Origin: Chloroflexi bacterium UBA6622
GTDB lineage: Bacteria; Chloroflexota; UBA11872
Reading direction: 5' to 3'
DNA length: 64,000 bases
Assembly (NCBI GenBank): GCA_002433065.1
Contig: DJHK01000041.1
Location: 109,922-173,921 of the forward strand
The notes beneath the pieces were generated by a model. It saw nothing but the letters and a program-made list of their open reading frames with translations, was not told the origin of the DNA and did no database searches. Shown piece after piece: positions 38,000 through 46,986 of this stretch. Every line of letters begins with the position of its first letter. Position 1 is the first letter of the stretch. A program made the position numbers and the translations under genes.

Positions 38000-39300
38000 G
38001 GGCTTGCTGATTTTTGGCGTACGCCAAAAAATCTGGACCGTGCCAGGGTTTTTGAGGTCACAGCAACACGAAGAAGGTTTCGGCTAACGGTGATCGCACT
38101 GAACATACTTGCCATAACACCTATTGCCAGAGTGAGAGCAAAGCCCCTGACTCCACCGCTTCCAAATCCGAAAAGCACACTGCAGATAATGAGGGTGGAA
38201 ATATTCGAATCACGGATAGATGGCCACGCGCGGCTGAATCCTGATTCGATTGCGCCTCGTATTGTGCGGCCTTTCCGAATTTCCTCTCGTGTTCGCTCGA
38301 AGATAAGGATGTTGGCATCAACTGCGACGCCTACTGAGAGGATAAATCCTGCGAGGCCAGACAGAGTGAGGGTTACGGGTATCAGCTTGAATGCGGCAAA
38401 CACGATGCATGCGTACACGAGGAGTGCCGCTGCAGCCACAAAACCTGGCACTCGGTAATAGCAGATCATGAAGCTGAGAACGAGAACGGCGCCAACCACG
38501 CCAGCTCGAAGGCTTGCGTCTAGAGATTCTCGGCCGAGCGTTGGTCGAACTGTGAAGTTTTGGACGACTTCAAGGGGGACGGGTAGGGCTCCGTAGCGGA
38601 GTTGGATTGCTACAGCCCGAGCTTCGTCAGCAGTGAAGTTTCCAGAAATCACACCTCGGTCTCGAATTGCCGATCGAATCGATGCCGAACTTACGACTAG
38701 CTCATCAACTGTGATGGTGAGAACTTCGCCAATGTGGGTGCCTGTATATGAATAAAACTTCTCGCCAGCGTTAGGCTTCAGATCGAACTCAATTCTCGGG
38801 CTACCGAGAGAGTCGAAGCCGAGCCTTGCGTCTTCAAGGTCTCTGCCACTAAGGACAATTTGGCTTGGTTCTGCGACGAGGCGACTACCTTCCTGCACAA
38901 ACTGGAATCCGGTGTTCAAGATGAGCAATTGGCCAGTTTGACGGAAGGACTGGATAGCCTTCTCCGGATCGTCAATGCCAGGCAGTTCGACGATTAGCCG
39001 ATCTTTGCCCTGAATTTGAATCAAGGGTTCGGCTACTCCGAGGGCATTTACCCGGTTTTCAATGATGCGTTTGACGGCCTGCATGTCTCCGGTTTGTAAC
39101 TCTTGCCCCTTCGGTGGTTTTGCCTGGAAGCGGACATGTAGGCCTCCTTGCAGATCAAGTCCTTGCCGAAATGCAAGGGACGAAAAGTCTCGACCCGCAA
39201 TTTCGACTGGCACTCCAGGTGTTGATGGAAGGGCGATGTACAACGAAAAAATAAAGAGAATTGCTATTCCGGCCAGGGTCGTCCATTGGCGTCGTTTCAC
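37996..39300 (-). CDS. secD: protein translocase subunit SecD
   Basis: 434 aa, GTG start. Motifs: LGLDLQGGLHV, a periplasmic P1-type domain, and GVAVDANILIFERTREE. Confidence 0.92.
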   Translation of the reverse strand: MKRRQWTTLAGIAILFIFSLYIALPSTPGVPVEIAGRDFSSLAFRQGLDLQGGLHVRFQAKPPKGQELQTGDMQAVKRIIENRVNALGVAEPLIQIQGKDRLIVELPGIDDPEKAIQSFRQTGQLLILNTGFQFVQEGSRLVAEPSQIVLSGRDLEDARLGFDSLGSPRIEFDLKPNAGEKFYSYTGTHIGEVLTITVDELVVSSASIRSAIRDRGVISGNFTADEARAVAIQLRYGALPVPLEVVQNFTVRPTLGRESLDASLRAGVVGAVLVLSFMICYYRVPGFVAAAALLVYACIVFAAFKLIPVTLTLSGLAGFILSVGVAVDANILIFERTREEIRKGRTIRGAIESGFSRAWPSIRDSNISTLIICSVLFGFGSGGVRGFALTLAIGVMASMFSAITVSRNLLRVAVTSKTLARSRFFGVRQKSASP

Positions 39301-39513
39301 TGCATGCTCGATTCAAGTGTTCGCCGATGGTGGTGGTTCGGCACTTGTTCGGTCTCGGTCACCCTGTTTGGTGTCCCGGAACGTTCGTGGCCATTCACGA
39401 GTTTTGGCTGTCTTGATCGAGGCCGAGTGCTGCTGGTTGTCCGTGTTTGGGCCAGGTCATTGACTGGGGAGAAAGGCACTGAGCCTGTTTCCACATCAGC
39501 AATACGGCTCGTG

Positions 39514-40266
39514 TCAATGATCGGTGTCGCGGACAGGAATGCCTTCAAGCAAGCCAGCTTTGTGCATGTTTTGCCATCGGGTGAGGAACGTCTCGTTCCA
39601 TTCGTCGGTGAGCGGGCTGTGAAGCATGTCTCTAAACACTTCCCAAAACACAATGATGCCGTCTGCACCGGCCTGAAGCGCTGCTGCAGCGACATCTACT
39701 GACCGAACCAGGGCAGCGGTCACATAAGGTCGCTGTTCCCAGCCGCTTAGCATTTCGACGCATTCGTGGACGTGCCATACGGGATCTACCCCGACTTCTT
39801 TGTACGGTTCGCAAAAGGGCAATATATGTGTCGCTCCGGCCTGTGCTACGACCGCGGCCTGCGTCAGGTTGAAAGTCGTGGTGCAGAACGTCTCGACGCC
39901 GTCCGCGGCAAGGGCACTGAAGGCCTCGAGCCCCTGTTCTGCACAGGGGATCTTTATGACGATTTGATCCGACATCGCGGTGAAAACATGAGCTACATCC
40001 AAAAGTTCATCCGTGGTATGGCCGTCAATCTCCACGACTACTGGTTTATCCGTGATGCTTAGATAGCGTTTTACGACCTCGGTTAGCTGTCCATACTTTT
40101 GGGTAAGGTCGTCAAGCACGACCGTGTTGGTCACAATCCCGTAGCCACCACGCGGAAGCCAGGTCTTAAGGTCTTCAGGGTCACCCGCCAACCATATTGC
40201 GGGACCACACTCCTTCAGGCGTGAATGAGTTACCCGGCCGATCTCTGTCTGTGTGGTTTCGGACAT
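39514..40266 (-). CDS. transaldolase/fructose-6-phosphate aldolase family protein
   Basis: 250 aa. GIVTNT (cf. GVTTNP) and Schiff-base lysine context QIVIKIP. Short TalC/FSA-like length. Confidence 0.65.
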   Translation of the reverse strand: MSETTQTEIGRVTHSRLKECGPAIWLAGDPEDLKTWLPRGGYGIVTNTVVLDDLTQKYGQLTEVVKRYLSITDKPVVVEIDGHTTDELLDVAHVFTAMSDQIVIKIPCAEQGLEAFSALAADGVETFCTTTFNLTQAAVVAQAGATHILPFCEPYKEVGVDPVWHVHECVEMLSGWEQRPYVTAALVRSVDVAAAALQAGADGIIVFWEVFRDMLHSPLTDEWNETFLTRWQNMHKAGLLEGIPVRDTDH

Positions 40267-40679
40267 TACTCGTGCCTCCCGTCAACCAGTTGCAAGCCGA
40301 CGCCAAGGGTGGCGTCGGTGTCAAGAAAAGTTATCCGCCAATCCGACGAACTTACTATGGGGTCTGTCCCATTAATACCAAGCTGCTCGCTCAATGTGTT
40401 TAGCGTATTGTCAAAGTCATCGTCTCGGAAAGCAACGTGGTGGACGCTTGCTCCGTGCTCTTTCAGGTGAGCCGCAAACTTACTGACGGCATCATTTGTT
40501 GGGCAGATGATTTCCAGGTAGCTGTCAGTGTTTCCGATCTGAAGGGCTGCGTACGCATTACCTTCTTCGTCTGATTCCCAGATCTTGAAGGGCTTCATAC
40601 CTAGCTTTTCGCTGAAAAGGCGGAGCGCAGCGTCCCGGTCATGGACTACGTAGGCGATGTGATGAACGGCGTCAAACAT
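40266..40679 (-). CDS. VOC (glyoxalase/bleomycin-resistance/dioxygenase) family protein
   Basis: 137 aa. HHIAYVVHDRDAALRLFSEKLG and a second half HHVAFRDDDFD. Its TAA overlaps the downstream ATG by 1 nt. Confidence 0.75.
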   Translation of the reverse strand: MFDAVHHIAYVVHDRDAALRLFSEKLGMKPFKIWESDEEGNAYAALQIGNTDSYLEIICPTNDAVSKFAAHLKEHGASVHHVAFRDDDFDNTLNTLSEQLGINGTDPIVSSSDWRITFLDTDATLGVGLQLVDGRHE

Positions 40680-40753
40680 AATTGGACCTCTGGGGATTTA
40701 GGAGGATGCAACTGGATTTTACTTTGTAAGTTCTATGCTTATCAGCTTCGTCG

Positions 40754-41878
40754 TTATTCGGAGAAGGCACGCCACGCGTAGACAGGTTCATCTCCGTGAG
40801 CCTCTTCTTCTAGAGCTGTGAGATCAAGGTCAGGTATGCCTAGGCCAGGCTTGTTGCTGAGGTGCATGTAGCCGGAGTGGATTTCCATTGCCTCGCCTCC
40901 AACGGTGCATCGCAACTCGTATTCAGGTTGGGCAGTTTCAAGTACATAAAAGTTCGGGGACACCGCGGCAATTTGCATGGCCATTGCTGCGGAAATCGGC
41001 CCTCCTGAATTATGGGGTGCGATCTGTACGAAATATGTGTCAGCAGCAGCTGCTATTTTCAGGACTTCAGTTATGCCGCCGGCATGAGTCAGGTCTGGTT
41101 GGATAAATGCGGCACCTTCACCCTCAAGCAATTCTCTAAAGTCTTGGCGGCTAAACATTTTTTCCCCACAAGCAATAGGCACGGACATCTGACGTGCTAG
41201 CGAGCACATTGCTTTAGTGTTGCCAGTTGGAATCGGTTCTTCCATCCATACCGGTCGAAAGGGTTGAAACATGTGGGATGCTTCGATCGCTATACGTGGC
41301 GTTAATCGTTCAGCACATTCAAGGTATATCTCGAAATCTAGGCCGTTTGCGTCCCGTATCCCGCGCACTAATTCTTCGGAAAATCGCAAGCTTTCGGTTT
41401 CGCTTCTCTGGCCAGGGGACCCGAACGGATTAACTTTGACGCCTCGATAGCCCTCTTTGCGAGCACGTATCGACCCGTCGACATGGTCGGAAACTGAGTC
41501 CAGCCAACGCGATATACCTCCAGCATACACTCGAACCTTATGCCGGATAGGCCCACCGAGAAGCTTCCAAATGGGCTCTCCTAGACGTTTGCCCTGAAGA
41601 TCCCAGAGCGCTCCATCGATAGCTGAGATCGCACTGTTCACAACTGGGCCACCGCGCCAGCCTGTATAGAGATCCCTCCAGATGAGCTCAATCGCAGAAG
41701 GGTCGCGTCCTAGTAGTCGCGGGGTGAAATGCTTAATGGCTCCGACAACTGCTTGGCCTCGGTCGGATGTCGAAGCCTCGCCCCACCCATGAAGCCCCTC
41801 GTCAGTAGACACACGAATGAATAGCCATTCTCTCCAGCGAACATATCGGCTAAAAACTTCGATTCCGGTAATTTTCAT
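40754..41878 (-). CDS. enolase-superfamily dehydratase (galactonate/mannonate dehydratase-like)
   Basis: ATG 41878 (MKITGIEVFSRYVRWREWLFIRVSTDEGLHGWGEAS) overlaps the nth TGA as ATGA; the track start is 41941. The mandelate racemase/muconate-lactonizing layout runs throughout. Confidence 0.8.
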   Translation of the reverse strand: MKITGIEVFSRYVRWREWLFIRVSTDEGLHGWGEASTSDRGQAVVGAIKHFTPRLLGRDPSAIELIWRDLYTGWRGGPVVNSAISAIDGALWDLQGKRLGEPIWKLLGGPIRHKVRVYAGGISRWLDSVSDHVDGSIRARKEGYRGVKVNPFGSPGQRSETESLRFSEELVRGIRDANGLDFEIYLECAERLTPRIAIEASHMFQPFRPVWMEEPIPTGNTKAMCSLARQMSVPIACGEKMFSRQDFRELLEGEGAAFIQPDLTHAGGITEVLKIAAAADTYFVQIAPHNSGGPISAAMAMQIAAVSPNFYVLETAQPEYELRCTVGGEAMEIHSGYMHLSNKPGLGIPDLDLTALEEEAHGDEPVYAWRAFSE

Positions 41879-42612
41879 GCCGATAGCTTGGCTGTGAATG
41901 GTGACCGGGTTGGTCGGGTGGGTGAGGTCGAGGACGGACAAATGTTATTGAGTTCGCATGTGTCGCAATCAGGATTTCTCGCGTCACAGACTCTGCGACC
42001 GTGCCAGATGATGGCGATTCCCGCGAAGATCCAGTCCTCTTTATCGAGAACCTTCATAAGATCCCTCTCGATTTTTACCGGGTCAGTAGCTTCACTTAAT
42101 CCCAGGCGTTGCGCTAATCGTTTTACATGGGTGTCTACGACGACGCCACTGGCCAGGCCAAATGCTTCTCCAAGCACCACATTTGCGGTTTTTCGGGCAA
42201 CGCCACGCAGTCGCAACAATTCGTCCATGGTTCGTGGAACCTCACCGTTGAACTCGTCCACGATTTGAGCCGAGGCCACCCGGATGGACTTGGCTTTGCT
42301 GCGAAAAAACCCAGTCTGTCTCACAAGGTCTTCGACTTCTGCTTGCGACGAGTCAGCAAGGGCTTTCGCTGTGGGGAATTTTCGGAACAAGTTGGGTGTG
42401 ACTCGGTTGACCGTGACATCTGTTGTTTGGGCTGACAGGATTACTGATATTAAGAACTGGAATGCAGACCCATAATTCAGCTCGGCGGCAGCATTTGGGT
42501 ACTTCTCCCGTAGTCGTGAGATTATTTCTTTGCCTCGTGCACGTTGGGCAGCTTTTGACTCGCGCCATCGACGAAGCGGAGTTTTTGTGCGGGTTTTACG
42601 GGGAGACGGCAT
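41875..42612 (-). CDS. nth: endonuclease III (DNA-(apurinic/apyrimidinic site) lyase)
   Basis: 245 aa. HhH-GPD region LRLRGVARKTANVVLG...VVDTHV and a C-terminal 4Fe-4S cluster loop CDARNPDCDTCELNNIC. Basic N-terminal extension. Confidence 0.9.
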   Translation of the reverse strand: MPSPRKTRTKTPLRRWRESKAAQRARGKEIISRLREKYPNAAAELNYGSAFQFLISVILSAQTTDVTVNRVTPNLFRKFPTAKALADSSQAEVEDLVRQTGFFRSKAKSIRVASAQIVDEFNGEVPRTMDELLRLRGVARKTANVVLGEAFGLASGVVVDTHVKRLAQRLGLSEATDPVKIERDLMKVLDKEDWIFAGIAIIWHGRRVCDARNPDCDTCELNNICPSSTSPTRPTRSPFTAKLSA

Positions 42613-42782
42613 ACGAATAGCTTATCCCTGGAAGATCGCTCAGGCGACCAATCGGACTGTGTGGGGATGTTGCTCAACAGTGGTCAAGTATCGACGTTGT
42701 TAGGATAGCCCTTCGGCATTCTGAGGTGAAAATTGGCAGTTGTCGGGTCGAGCGCTAAACGAGTAGAGCTAAAGGAGCGGTT

Positions 42783-44672
42783 GTGGCGACAGGTCCGGAT
42801 GGGGTGGATCGACGCACCGCAGTAGTAGCTGGTATTGGCGCTGCGATAGCTGCGATCCCTGCTGTTACGGCGACCGTACTGTGGGCTCAGCAAGACTCAT
42901 CTACCTTTCCTGACGGAACGATTATTGGTGAGGTTGAAGCGAGTGGGTTAACTGCCCATGAGGTGTTGGAACGCCTGGAATCGTCGTGGGCTGCCTTTCT
43001 CAATAATCCCGCGGTTTTTCGTTTGCATGGCAGGGAATGGCGACCAACGGCTAGTGATATCGGCCTTCGTGCGGATTTCAGAGGTCCGATAAGCGAGTTG
43101 GTCAAAGCCCTTCCTCGTCGCGGGATCCTTGATCGGCTATTCGCATCGTCACAGGTGCGACGTATTGATGCGCCAACGGTTGTGTATGACCGGGAAGCAG
43201 CTCGCCGATACATAAAGAGACTTGCGGCAGGCTTTGACCAGCCGGCTTCTAAGGGAAGCCTTATTCCTATTGGTGGTGGCCGAATTGAATTGAGTCCGGG
43301 CCAAAGTGGTCGGGTTGTCGATGTGGAACGTGGATTGCGTGATCTTGAGATTGCCATCGGCGGTCCCAATGTTGGCTCGGTTATTGAATTACAGTATCGG
43401 GTCGATGCGGCGCATTTGACGTCAGAGGCTGCTGATCTGGCGATTCGCTCAGCCCAACAGATGGCCGGTGATCCAATTTGGTTAATGCATGGAAGTAAGG
43501 GTTGGCTCCTGAAGCCATTGGACCTTTCGGATGCGTTGGTTTTTCATGTGGATTCAAAAGGAGTTTCCGTTGGTTTTGAGTTCACGCGGTTTAATGAACT
43601 GTTCCAGCGAATAGAGGCCACACTTACTGCCGAACCCAGAAAGAATGTTTTCGAATTCGATGCTGAGCATGATCGGGTAACGGCGTTTGAGCCTGGCAAT
43701 CCCGGCCAGCTTCTCGATCGATCAGAGCTGGAGCGTAAGATCGACGAAGTGGCTCGGCGGGAAGAAAATCGCCGGCTTGAGATTCCCCTGATCATTCTGA
43801 ACAAAGAATTTGATGTCGCGTTGAATGAACTAGGCATCAAGGATCTCCTTGCGACAGGATCCTCGATTTACAAAGGATCTCCGGAGTATCGCAACCACAA
43901 CATTGCTGTTGGGGCGGCAAAGCTTGATGGGATGATTTTGCGTCCTGGTCAAACGTTTTCGTTCAATGATCGAATTGGGAGGTTCTCTCTGGGTGAGGGA
44001 TGGGTGGAGGGCAGTGTGATTATTAGGGACGAGACCGAGCAAGGTGTTGGTGGTGGTATATGCCAGGTTTCGACCACGTTATTTCGTGCGGTGCTAGCAG
44101 CTGGCTTGCCGATCGAAGAGCGATGGCCGCATCTGTATCGTGTTCGTTACTACGAAATGGGGCCTTCCCCGATTGGTACCGATGCGACAATTTTTTCTCC
44201 TGGAGTCGACCTCAAGTTTTCGAACGATCTAGATGCTCCGATCATGATTCGGAGCCGTCTGGATCCAAAGCTGTCGACTTTGGATTTTGAGATTTGGGGT
44301 GTTTCCGATGGTCGTGTTGTCACCATGGGGCCACCTCGACTCACAAAGTGGAAGGATCCCCCCGAGGATCAAGGCATCGTGGATTCTGAGGAGCCCCCTG
44401 ATTTCGAAGAGCAGATTGAATTCGCAAAGCGAGGCGTTAAGGCGGAACTAAAGCGGGTTATCGTTTGGCCAGATGGGCGGAGGAAGAGCAGCGTATTTCT
44501 TGCGAACTATGTGGCATGGCCCAACCGGTTTGTTGTGGGTATCGACGAGGCTAAGTTGCGATTCCCTTCAGCCTATAACAAGTGGTTTGACGAGAATCCT
44601 GAGATTGCCTCTCGGTGGGGGGTGAAGCGAGTGCCTGGGGTCCCAGCCGACCCGGACGACCCGTCTGGGTGA
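42783..44672 (+). CDS. VanW family protein
   Basis: 629 aa, GTG start. N-terminal anchor or signal. VanW core: FSFNDRIGRFS, GGGICQVSTTLFRAVLAAGLPIEER and YRVRYY. Confidence 0.85.
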   Translation: MATGPDGVDRRTAVVAGIGAAIAAIPAVTATVLWAQQDSSTFPDGTIIGEVEASGLTAHEVLERLESSWAAFLNNPAVFRLHGREWRPTASDIGLRADFRGPISELVKALPRRGILDRLFASSQVRRIDAPTVVYDREAARRYIKRLAAGFDQPASKGSLIPIGGGRIELSPGQSGRVVDVERGLRDLEIAIGGPNVGSVIELQYRVDAAHLTSEAADLAIRSAQQMAGDPIWLMHGSKGWLLKPLDLSDALVFHVDSKGVSVGFEFTRFNELFQRIEATLTAEPRKNVFEFDAEHDRVTAFEPGNPGQLLDRSELERKIDEVARREENRRLEIPLIILNKEFDVALNELGIKDLLATGSSIYKGSPEYRNHNIAVGAAKLDGMILRPGQTFSFNDRIGRFSLGEGWVEGSVIIRDETEQGVGGGICQVSTTLFRAVLAAGLPIEERWPHLYRVRYYEMGPSPIGTDATIFSPGVDLKFSNDLDAPIMIRSRLDPKLSTLDFEIWGVSDGRVVTMGPPRLTKWKDPPEDQGIVDSEEPPDFEEQIEFAKRGVKAELKRVIVWPDGRRKSSVFLANYVAWPNRFVVGIDEAKLRFPSAYNKWFDENPEIASRWGVKRVPGVPADPDDPSG

Positions 44673-44744
44673 ACATCCTGCAGGAAACAGTAACCAAGAT
44701 TGTTTTTTCGGGTTAGCCTCTAGCGGCGATAAGATCTAGATATT

Positions 44745-44821
44745 CGGGGAGTGGCGCAGCCTGGCAGCGCGCGGCGTTTGGGACGCCGAGGTCGCGAGTT
44801 CGAATCTCGCCTCCCCGACCA
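44745..44821 (+). tRNA. tRNA-Pro (anticodon TGG)
   Basis: Hand-folded. Acceptor CGGGGAG/CTCCCCG, D stem GCGC/GCGC, anticodon stem CGGCG/CGCCG with loop TTTGGGA, T arm GCGAG-TTCGAAT-CTCGC, discriminator A. CCA is encoded. Confidence 0.9.
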
Positions 44822-44843
44822 TCTGCGGGTGCCTCAATTCCTT

Positions 44844-45704
44844 TTATTCAATCAGGTTTCGAAGATATGCGAGGTCATCAACTTCCCCTCGTGCGCGTAA
44901 TGCTCGCGCCTCTTCGCTGTATTCCCCTGCTCCAACGGTGGCAATCACGTCCTGGTCCATCGTGTATTCAGTGTGGATGGTTAGAGGACCACTGAAGTTC
45001 CAGCTTTTTAATAGGGCAATGGCTTCCGGCCATTCCGCAGCACCGTGGCCCAGCAATACAAATTTGTCAGCAAAGGCTGCCCGTGACTGTGGCCTGTGAT
45101 CCCGTATATGGTGGGCGTCCTTAGCGCCTACAACCGATAGTCGATCTCGAAGCATCGGGAGTCCCATCTGTACATCTTCGCCATTGAGGGCTAAGTGGCC
45201 CAAGTCGACGTAGGCACCTATGTGAGCAGGCTCGTAGCCGTCAAGTAGATGGCGGAGGCCGGCACAGTTTGAGCCGAGACATCGTCCGCTGTGGGTGTGA
45301 TAAAGCGTTTGGACGCCTGTGGATTGGCTGAGCTTTTCGAATCCAGCAAGCATGCGGCGACTATGTGTCCACAATTCATCAAAGACATCTCCAAGTGTGT
45401 AGGTGAAGTATCCAATCTTTATCCGGGGTACGCCGGCCATGGCCGCAGCTTCGAAAAGACTGATTGTTTCGGGGTTAGCCGGATCGGTAAGTGATGTTCC
45501 GGCCGAGATCATTGAGCACTCAATTCCGATGTCTTTCCATCCCCGGACGGCTGCAGAAAGATCGCCAACCACATTCTTCGGGTTTATTGCGTGGCCATCA
45601 CGAACGGCGAGGTCCAGCCCGTCATAACCGAGTGTTTGAGCGTGCTGACCGAGCTCGTGGGCGTTCAGGTGGCCCCAGAATTTTGTAAAGCGAATGATTT
45701 GCAT
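44844..45704 (-). CDS. sugar phosphate isomerase/epimerase (xylose isomerase-like TIM barrel)
   Basis: 286 aa. Motifs: YDGLDLAVRDGH, YHTHSG, VDLGHL and PLTIHTEY. Confidence 0.75.
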   Translation of the reverse strand: MQIIRFTKFWGHLNAHELGQHAQTLGYDGLDLAVRDGHAINPKNVVGDLSAAVRGWKDIGIECSMISAGTSLTDPANPETISLFEAAAMAGVPRIKIGYFTYTLGDVFDELWTHSRRMLAGFEKLSQSTGVQTLYHTHSGRCLGSNCAGLRHLLDGYEPAHIGAYVDLGHLALNGEDVQMGLPMLRDRLSVVGAKDAHHIRDHRPQSRAAFADKFVLLGHGAAEWPEAIALLKSWNFSGPLTIHTEYTMDQDVIATVGAGEYSEEARALRARGEVDDLAYLRNLIE

Positions 45705-45809
45705 GTCAGAGTCGATCGCGGAGGTGGCACGCCCATTGTTTCACGGATCTGGTCATATGTGTTTTCGTTGGTTCGCGTTGGAATCTATGGTCAGGCTGGG
45801 TTCGAGGCT

Positions 45810-45831
45810 GCCTCATTGCGGTTGATGAGGC
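45810..45831. promoter_or_regulatory. perfect 7-bp inverted repeat in divergent promoter region (candidate operator or 5' hairpin)
   Basis: GCCTCAT-tgcggttg-ATGAGGC, read directly. It lies 35 nt upstream of ATG 45866 and within the 161-nt gap between divergent genes. Confidence 0.3.
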
Positions 45832-45865
45832 AATATTCAGTTGCTGTTCAGCTCGGTGGTATCGA

Positions 45866-46162
45866 ATGGCCGAATCCCGACAACAAATCCTTATTTTGCA
45901 TCTGGCTGTACCTGACATGGGTGGTGCGACCGTGGCGTGGGCGTTATATGACGGTGCGCGTCCGGCTGATGAACAGATGCAGGCGGGAAGCCAGTCCGAT
46001 CCGCCGTATGCTTCGGTGCTTGACGCTATGCACGACGGTTGGCGGGTTATACAGCTTCCTTCGCTGCCTTCATATCCTCGGGGTTCTGAGTACGAGACGG
46101 GTCCGCTCCCGTGGGAATATGTGCTCGAAAGAATGGTCAGTTTGGATTCAACGGATGAATAG
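45866..46162 (+). CDS. small conserved-looking hypothetical protein (98 aa)
   Basis: Protein-like composition (ILILHLAVPDMGGATVAWALYDGARP...PPYASVLDAMHDGWRVIQLP...LPWEYVLERMV). GGTGG lies 6 nt upstream of the ATG. Its stop overlaps the downstream PhyH start by 8 nt. The competing frame (45591-46154) is Cys/Arg/Trp-rich and not protein-like. Confidence 0.6.
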   Translation: MAESRQQILILHLAVPDMGGATVAWALYDGARPADEQMQAGSQSDPPYASVLDAMHDGWRVIQLPSLPSYPRGSEYETGPLPWEYVLERMVSLDSTDE

Positions 46163-46931
46163 TGAGGCCAATCAGGGTCATTTACTGAATGCCTCTACGA
46201 TGGCTAAGTTTGCTGTGGACGGATTTGTCGAATTTGACGATCTGGTGCCTCAAGAACTTAGCGAACAGGTTCATCAAGATGCCTTGGTGTATCCCGCCAA
46301 TCGTGGTTTTGATCCCAACTTGCCGCGTGAGTTTTGGGATTCGTCGTCTGCTGTACGTGAGGTGTTTGGACTCGCAGCGGTCAAAGGCGTGGTGAGGAGT
46401 CTGGTTGGGCCCAGCCCTGTCCACAATCACTCGTATTTACACACGGTGCCTCCCGGGAAACTTGAGGCGCAACGTTGGCATGTCGATTCAGCCTTGGCGG
46501 CTGAACACCCACGGAGGTTCGATGTGCTTGTTTGCTTTTTCCCGCACACTACTCCGGCTGAGATGGGGCCTACTCTTGTGTTGCCGGGATCCCATCTGCG
46601 CCGCGTGAGTTATCACGACGTGACTCGTTACAAGAATTTTCGAGGCCAAGTGCAATTAACTGGTGGAGGAGGACGGATTGCTTTTATGCACGAGTCTCTC
46701 TGGCATTGCGCTCAACCCAACACCACGAACAATTGGCGTTTTATGTTCAAGATCCGATATCAGCCAAATGTTCCACAGCGGGGGCTATTTGATGTGGAAG
46801 GTTGGGATGATCCTGAGATCCACGCCTTTTTTAACGATGCGCGTCGGCGTCACGTGTGGGTGGGAGACAGGTTTGCGGCAATGGAGCGAGAACGTCTCGA
46901 CTGGTGGCGATATTTGTCTGGTGTGAGCTAA
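46155..46931 (+). CDS. phytanoyl-CoA dioxygenase (PhyH) family Fe(II)/2-oxoglutarate oxygenase
   Basis: Start moved from the track's 45591 to ATG 46155 (MNSEANQGHLLN...), giving 258 aa. Motifs: FAVDGFVEF, WHVDS (HxD facial triad), GPTLVLPGSH, ESLWHCAQPN and RFMFKIRY. Confidence 0.75.
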   Translation: MNSEANQGHLLNASTMAKFAVDGFVEFDDLVPQELSEQVHQDALVYPANRGFDPNLPREFWDSSSAVREVFGLAAVKGVVRSLVGPSPVHNHSYLHTVPPGKLEAQRWHVDSALAAEHPRRFDVLVCFFPHTTPAEMGPTLVLPGSHLRRVSYHDVTRYKNFRGQVQLTGGGGRIAFMHESLWHCAQPNTTNNWRFMFKIRYQPNVPQRGLFDVEGWDDPEIHAFFNDARRRHVWVGDRFAAMERERLDWWRYLSGVS

Positions 46932-46986
46932 CTCTCAATCTCAGGATTGTGGCGCGGGTGAAGAGAGTAGGTTCAACAACAAGCGG

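Noticed and set aside
39286-39702. Mirror-image ORF pair (39286-39702 plus strand, 39297-39695 minus strand) upstream of secD; considered as a possible yajC
   Set aside because: Neither translation resembles YajC or any family I recognise. Both overlap the 3' end of the transaldolase-like gene and are rich in Arg/Ser/Thr/Pro. The true intergenic part is only 213 nt.
42887-43369. Long antisense or shadow ORFs inside confident genes. Examples: 42887-43369 in VanW, 23187-23744 in cdaR, 4308-4946 in the GH2 gene, 2402-2890 in guaB.
   Set aside because: They lie fully within strongly supported genes on the opposite strand or in another frame. They have Arg/Ser/Pro-rich low-complexity translations typical of shadow frames, and no RBS or family signal.
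45591-46154. N-terminal 188 codons of the 446-aa track ORF fused in frame to the PhyH dioxygenase
   Set aside because: The composition is Cys/Arg/Trp-rich and not protein-like. It overlaps the antisense 5' end of gene 44844-45704 and a better 98-aa ORF in another frame. The dioxygenase core starts naturally at ATG 46155.
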